This document shows, piece by piece, positions 59,007 through 64,000 of a stretch of 64,000 nt of DNA. The stretch is taken from assembly GCA_046294625.1 (NCBI GenBank), contig JBKBKN010000010.1, forward strand, positions 27,151 to 91,150, given 5' to 3'. The notes under the pieces were generated by a model. It had not been told where the DNA came from. It ran no database searches and saw nothing but the letters and a program-made list of their open reading frames with translations. The translations under genes were made by a program, and so were the position numbers. Numbering within the stretch: position 1 is the first letter of the stretch; each line of letters starts with the position of its first letter. This DNA is from Flavobacteriales bacterium (GTDB taxonomy: Bacteria; Bacteroidota; Bacteroidia; M30B66).

Positions 59007-60194
59007 ATGAATACTTCCCTACGTAGTCTCTTTCTGCAACATGTCGCCCAGACTTCTGATATACCACCTATGCTCGAAGTTGCGAAAGCGCAAGGAGTTT
59101 ATCTCTACGATAAGGATGGTAAGCAATATCTCGACTTGATATCGGGTATTGCGGTGAGCAATGTCGGGCATTGTCATCCCGAGGTGGTTGCAGCCATTCA
59201 ACAACAAGCTGAGACCTATATGCACGTGATGGTTTATGGGGAGTTTGTGCAGTCACCGCAAGTAAAGTATGCCGAATCGCTTTGCGCTTTGCTTCCACCG
59301 ACTTTAAATTCTGTCTATTTTGTTAATTCGGGCAATGAAGCCAATGATGGAGCTATCAAATTGGCCAAACGAGTTACCGGACGCACAGAAATTATCTATT
59401 TCGAAAATGCCTATCATGGCAGTGGACAAGGATGCCTTAGTGTGATGGGTTCGGAATTTTTCAAACAGGCTTACAGGCCATTGCTACCAGGCACTAAACG
59501 CATCAGATATAACGTGATGGAAGATTTGGAGCTGATCACTTGTCGCACTGCTGCTGTGATTTTTGAGACCATTCAAGGAGAGTCTGGCGCTTTAGTTCCC
59601 AATCAGGAATATGTAAAAGCACTGAGAGCAAAATGCGATTATACAGGCACATTGCTGATAATGGATGAGATACAATGCGGATTTGGTCGTAGCGGCAAAC
59701 TTTTCGCTTTCGAGCATTTTGATGTGATTCCTGATATTTTAACCATAGCTAAGGGCATGGGAGGGGGACTGCCGATTGGGGCTTTCATTGCATCGCGCGA
59801 GCTCATGAATAGTCTTTCACATGACCCGTTTTTGGGACATATCACCACATTTGGCGGCAACGCTGTTTGCTGCGCTGCTGCACATGCCAGCTTGAATGTA
59901 TTGCTGAGCGAAAAGCTGATCGAGCAAGTGACATCTAAGCATAACAGATTTAAAGATAAACTAAAGCACAGCCACATTGGCAGCATTCAAGGAATAGGTC
60001 TGATGCTTGCGGTGGAGTTAGCCGAATCTATTTCTGTAATCGACATGGTGAATCAATGCTATGCAGCAGGTCTGATAACGGATTGGTTTTTGTTCAATGA
60101 TCGGGCTATTCGCTTTGCTCCTCCATTAATCATCACCGATGAGCAAATTGATTTTGCCTGCGAACAGATTATTGGTATTTTGGATAAGTTGTAA
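59007..60194 (+). CDS. Class III PLP-dependent aminotransferase (ArgD-like)
   Basis: YLDLISGIAV.NVGHCHP, NSGNEA, DEIQCGFGRSG, PDILTIAKGMGGGLPIG, TTFGGN; substrate not determinable from sequence. Confidence 0.9.
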   Translation: MNTSLRSLFLQHVAQTSDIPPMLEVAKAQGVYLYDKDGKQYLDLISGIAVSNVGHCHPEVVAAIQQQAETYMHVMVYGEFVQSPQVKYAESLCALLPPTLNSVYFVNSGNEANDGAIKLAKRVTGRTEIIYFENAYHGSGQGCLSVMGSEFFKQAYRPLLPGTKRIRYNVMEDLELITCRTAAVIFETIQGESGALVPNQEYVKALRAKCDYTGTLLIMDEIQCGFGRSGKLFAFEHFDVIPDILTIAKGMGGGLPIGAFIASRELMNSLSHDPFLGHITTFGGNAVCCAAAHASLNVLLSEKLIEQVTSKHNRFKDKLKHSHIGSIQGIGLMLAVELAESISVIDMVNQCYAAGLITDWFLFNDRAIRFAPPLIITDEQIDFACEQIIGILDKL

Positions 60195-60270
60195 TCTATC
60201 AATCAATTCTTACTGCATCATCCTTTTACAGCGAAGGCTTATTTACCTTTGTGCTCGACTAAACATAATC

Positions 60271-60735
60271 ATGGCTGAAATTCTCCAGTTTGCATCCTTA
60301 TTTCTGCTCACCTGTTTCAAATTTGCCTTTGGAGTACCTGCAGCCTACCTGAGCTTTGGCTTCAATTTTTGGGAGACTTTGTTGTTTGCGTTCTTCGGCG
60401 GAAGCACGGGCATTATCATTAACTTATATTTAAGCAGAGTGCTTTTTTCTTTTTGGTTTTGGTTTAAGCAACGAGCTCTTGTTTGGCAGCCTAAGCCCAA
60501 ATCTGTTCTTGAAAAGAAGAAAATATTCAGCAGACGTTCACGACTTTTTGTGAAAATACTTCGACAATACGGGCTGCCGGGCTTATCACTCATCACCCCA
60601 CCGATTATCTCTATTCCGGCAGGCTGTATTATTGCTACACGATTGTATGGAAAAAGCCCCAAAGTGCTTGGATATATGCTGCTCTCCGTTGTTTTTTGGT
60701 CTTTCACTTTTGCAGCTGTTTTAAATCTGGTTTAA
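60271..60735 (+). CDS. Hypothetical membrane protein
   Basis: 3-4 hydrophobic segments, YGL.GL..ITP.IISIP.G; TACCTTTG at 60244-51 supports ATG 60271. Confidence 0.7.
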   Translation: MAEILQFASLFLLTCFKFAFGVPAAYLSFGFNFWETLLFAFFGGSTGIIINLYLSRVLFSFWFWFKQRALVWQPKPKSVLEKKKIFSRRSRLFVKILRQYGLPGLSLITPPIISIPAGCIIATRLYGKSPKVLGYMLLSVVFWSFTFAAVLNLV

Positions 60736-60738
60736 TAC

Positions 60739-61428
60739 ATGGACAAACATCTCTTTTTCGATTTAGATGAAACACTTTGGGATTTTGAAAGAAATTCTAA
60801 AGAAGTGGTTTTTGATTTGTTCCATGAACTACGGTTGGAAAGTGAAGTTTCGGTTAATTTTGAGCAGTTTTTCGAAGCGTATAAGCTCATTAATCATCAA
60901 TTGTGGGCAAAGCTTCGCAGCGGAGCCATTGACAAGTCTTATTTGCGTAAAAATCGATTTCATTTTACCTTACTTAAATTTGGGTTGAATAATCTTGAGA
61001 AAGGTATTTGGCTCGACGAGCAATATCTTGAACGTACACCGCATAAAAAGGGCTTAATCCCATATTCTATACCGGTATTGAATGTGCTTTCGCGTAGGTA
61101 TCATTTACATATTATAACTAACGGATTTGATGATGTACAGCATTTTAAATTAGCAAATTGCGGTTTGAGTCCGTTTTTTAAAATAGTGGTGACAAGTGAT
61201 CGCGCCGGCACACATAAGCCCGACCGTGCAATTTTTGATTTTGCCATGAAATCTGCCGGTGCAACTCCGAAAAATTCAATTATGATTGGTGACGATCCGG
61301 AAGTGGATATTCAGGGTGCTATGAATGCCGGCATGAGCGCTATTTTATACACTGGGAAGTCAATTTATAATGAAGAAACCATGACAAGCCAGGTAAATTG
61401 TCTGAGTGAGTTGTTGCAGATTCTTTGA
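60739..61428 (+). CDS. YjjG-family HAD nucleotidase
   Basis: FFDLDETLWDF, IITNG, KPD..IF, MIGDD.EVDI.GA motifs. Confidence 0.9.
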   Translation: MDKHLFFDLDETLWDFERNSKEVVFDLFHELRLESEVSVNFEQFFEAYKLINHQLWAKLRSGAIDKSYLRKNRFHFTLLKFGLNNLEKGIWLDEQYLERTPHKKGLIPYSIPVLNVLSRRYHLHIITNGFDDVQHFKLANCGLSPFFKIVVTSDRAGTHKPDRAIFDFAMKSAGATPKNSIMIGDDPEVDIQGAMNAGMSAILYTGKSIYNEETMTSQVNCLSELLQIL

Positions 61429-61516
61429 GTTGTCAGGGCTAGACTATGAGTAAAAATCAAGCGTAAAAACAAATTCAATCTTAACTCGAAGTGCTGGAAT
61501 AGTGTATATTTAACTA

Positions 61517-61714
61517 ATGGTATTTAACATCCAAACGCTCAATCCGGGAAAAAGCAAATATGCGATGGCCAATGAAACGGTCAGTCAAATGCCATTTGAA
61601 GCACGCATGTTTATGCTCTTGATTGCCTTGGTTTTTATATCATCCATCATTTTAGAAGTTTATTTTGCCTTGAAAAAAGAGAAGTTAAACAGATCTTCTC
61701 GAAAGAACAAATAG
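61517..61714 (+). CDS. Small hypothetical single-TM protein
   Basis: One hydrophobic segment then a basic tail; start uncertain (61517 or 61565). Confidence 0.4.
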   Translation: MVFNIQTLNPGKSKYAMANETVSQMPFEARMFMLLIALVFISSIILEVYFALKKEKLNRSSRKNK

Positions 61715-62323
61715 TTAATTTTTGCAGTTGCAGGATGGGCTGAAGTATATGAAAGTTTTAGGGAGTACTTTCACAATCTCCTCTCTTTGGTCATCAGTGA
61801 TGATGGTAGCACGCAAATCGAGATATTTCAGATTCTTTAGCTTATAAAAATCATCCGGCACATCGGTGATTCCATTTCCCCAAGCCTGAATGAACTCTAG
61901 CGTATTGACATTAGAAAGTGCAGTATTAAGAGAGTCTATTCGATTCTTACCAATATTGAGATAACGAAGTTTTTGCATTTTGCCCATTCCGTTTGGCAAT
62001 GCAGTTATGTGATTTCGCTCCAGATTTAAATATGTTAGATTCTCAAGTCGGTAGATTGAATCAGGAAGTTCGGTGATTCGATTTCCGGTTAAATCAAGTT
62101 CTACAAGATTTTTAAACTGAAAAATTTCTTTTGGGAATTGTCTGAATTTGTTTCTTCTGAGCTTGAGTCTTTCCACATCATCAGGATTTTTTAGCGCCTC
62201 CTGGAGGTTGTTGTAGATTTTGCCACTATGCCCATAGACCGGTTGAGCTACCAGTTCAGCATTAAAAATAGTGCTGAAGCCTATGCAGCAAAACAGAATA
62301 AATATGTTCACCGTTTTGATCAA
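61715..62323 (-). CDS. Exported leucine-rich-repeat protein
   Basis: 23-aa LRRs (LKNLVELDLTGNRITELP-type), N-cap YNNLQEALKNP; TTG start overlaps the ribF stop. Confidence 0.88.
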   Translation of the reverse strand: MIKTVNIFILFCCIGFSTIFNAELVAQPVYGHSGKIYNNLQEALKNPDDVERLKLRRNKFRQFPKEIFQFKNLVELDLTGNRITELPDSIYRLENLTYLNLERNHITALPNGMGKMQKLRYLNIGKNRIDSLNTALSNVNTLEFIQAWGNGITDVPDDFYKLKNLKYLDLRATIITDDQREEIVKVLPKTFIYFSPSCNCKN

Positions 62324-63270
62324 AGCCCGAAAATTGTTTCAACAGTACGTTTATCTGAGTGCAATTGTTCTGCCAATTTATGCACACTGTCAAACTTCAG
62401 TTCGTCTCGTACTCTTTCAATGAAAAGGATACACAGCAGTTTATCATATATATCCTGATTGAATTGCAGCATGTGCACTTCAGCTTTTAACTGCTTATCA
62501 TTATCTACTGTGGGCCTGTAGCCGATATTCATCATCCCCAAATACGTTTGTTGGTCAACCAAGGCCTTTACAGCGTAAACTCCAGTATTAGGAATTAATT
62601 TCTCCGAATCGGTGAATTCGAGATTGGCTGTTGGGAATCCAATGGTTCGACCAAGTTTTCGTCCTTCAATCACTTTGGCTTGCAGACTGTAAGGATAGGT
62701 AAGGTATTCAGCTGCTTTGGCTACATCGCCAACTTTAAGAGCGTTGCGGATCTTGGTGGAGCTTACCACTACATCGTCAATATCCTGCGCAGAAATTTCT
62801 TCAACCACATAATCAAACTCCATACTTTTTTCAATCAAATCGCGGAGCGACCCGGTTCTTCCTTTCCCAAAATGATGATCGTAGCCAATCACAAGCCCTT
62901 TGGTTTTAAGACCTTTCACTAAAATTTTTTCAATGTAATCCTGTGCTGAAGTATTGGCAAATGCTTCGTCAAACTTTTGTATAAATACCGCGTCTATGCC
63001 AAGTTCATCGAACAGCTTAAGTTTTTCTTCTGTGTTGGTGAGCAAAGTAATGCCCATATCGGGCTGAAGCACTTTTCTTGGGTGCGGATCAAAGGTCATT
63101 ACAAGACTCTGCGCATTTTGTTCTTCAGCTAGTTGTTTCACACGAGACAATATTTTTCGATGCCCTGCATGCACACCATCGAAAGTTCCAATGGTAACAA
63201 CATGTCTGCTCTCCGCAGGAATTTCTGTTATATGCCTGTATATTTTCAAAGCCTTAGATTTGCGAAACAA
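62320..63270 (-). CDS. ribF: Bifunctional riboflavin kinase/FAD synthetase
   Basis: IGTFDGVHAGH, GYDHHFG, SSTKIR, GRTIGFPTAN, NIGYRPT; start may be the TTG at 63249. Confidence 0.97.
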   Translation of the reverse strand: MFRKSKALKIYRHITEIPAESRHVVTIGTFDGVHAGHRKILSRVKQLAEEQNAQSLVMTFDPHPRKVLQPDMGITLLTNTEEKLKLFDELGIDAVFIQKFDEAFANTSAQDYIEKILVKGLKTKGLVIGYDHHFGKGRTGSLRDLIEKSMEFDYVVEEISAQDIDDVVVSSTKIRNALKVGDVAKAAEYLTYPYSLQAKVIEGRKLGRTIGFPTANLEFTDSEKLIPNTGVYAVKALVDQQTYLGMMNIGYRPTVDNDKQLKAEVHMLQFNQDIYDKLLCILFIERVRDELKFDSVHKLAEQLHSDKRTVETIFGL

Positions 63271-63345
63271 ATAAAATTAAATTGTCAATGCTTAATTGAA
63301 GGGATGCTGTGATTAGATTAAGTCTGTTTTGTGAATAAGTAAAGT

Positions 63346-63999
63346 TTATCGGCAAAAGTCTGAAACAGCCACAATGGCAGGCACAAAGTCTAGCATAGCG
63401 CTTTGATTCAAATCCTGACAAGCTAATATTCGCAATGAGGAGAGTATGTGTGCCAGTCCACGGTTATACAATGCCGGAGCATAGTCTTGAACTTCTCTCA
63501 GTGCATCGGAGAAATCGCGAATAGCTTCCTTTTTTTCATTGAAGTATAAATGAATGATTCCCTTATTATTGAGCGACTCTTTGCGGTATTCTCCTAATTG
63601 CCAACTACGCTCAAAATCATCGAATGCTCCTTGAAATGCGTTGATACCGTATCGTGCCAGGCCGCGATAAAAAAAGATATATCCTATGTTAGATTTGATT
63701 CGAATCGCCTTGTCAAACTCGGAGACTGCATCGGCAAAACGTTCACGGCTCAACTGGATGATCCCAGCATTATAGGCGGCTTCCCACAGGTCAGGGTTAA
63801 TTTGTTCGGCAGATTGAAAATCGCGAAGAGCGCCACTCAAATCTCCGAGCACAAGTCTTGAAATACCTCTATTGAAAAATGTTTCTCCACAATAGGGATT
63901 GAACTCCAGTGATTTATTGAACTCATCTATGGAGTAGGCAAAATTGCCTTGTTTCATCTGAATAAGGCCACGGATTTCGAAAGCTTTGGCACTTTTATC
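63346..63999 (-). CDS. Tetratricopeptide-repeat protein, C-terminal part (runs off window end)
   Basis: TPR units (FFNRGISR, AYNAG, ALYNRGLA); the frame is open to the window edge. Confidence 0.85.
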   Translation of the reverse strand, partial: DKSAKAFEIRGLIQMKQGNFAYSIDEFNKSLEFNPYCGETFFNRGISRLVLGDLSGALRDFQSAEQINPDLWEAAYNAGIIQLSRERFADAVSEFDKAIRIKSNIGYIFFYRGLARYGINAFQGAFDDFERSWQLGEYRKESLNNKGIIHLYFNEKKEAIRDFSDALREVQDYAPALYNRGLAHILSSLRILACQDLNQSAMLDFVPAIVAVSDFCR

Positions 64000-64000
64000 G

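Overview
A core-genome segment of a Bacteroidota chromosome (AT-rich, roughly 35-40% GC by eye). The assignment rests on recurrent TAnnTTTG/TTTG promoters, T9SS cargo and PorP/PorE-like genes, a separate atpD-atpC pair, and a Rho with a long N-terminal insertion. Most genes are housekeeping: asd (partial), purQ, rho, lolA, ftsK, atpDC, thiL, guaA, hemF, a complete nuoA-N complex I operon with a short NuoG, pyrE, mnmD and ribF. Also present are a three-gene cytoplasmic phosphorelay, T9SS-secreted proteins and transporters. I found no rRNA, tRNA, CRISPR array, integrase or transposase. The most unusual signals are: (1) an AAA-ATPase/nuclease-like gene between purQ and a TPR gene that looks like a stranded integron-type gene cassette, with its own promoter and a degenerate attC-like end; (2) a decay patch at about 45-49 kb with several broken surface/T9SS genes, including a 233-codon pseudogene missed by the ORF track; (3) pyrE and a NUDIX gene sharing one CATG start, with apparently leaderless transcripts; (4) a Zrg-like His-rich ABC/DUF3299 module; (5) a POT transporter with a large soluble insertion. 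I do not see a clearly new multi-gene system. All family names come from motif recognition and memory, not database searches.
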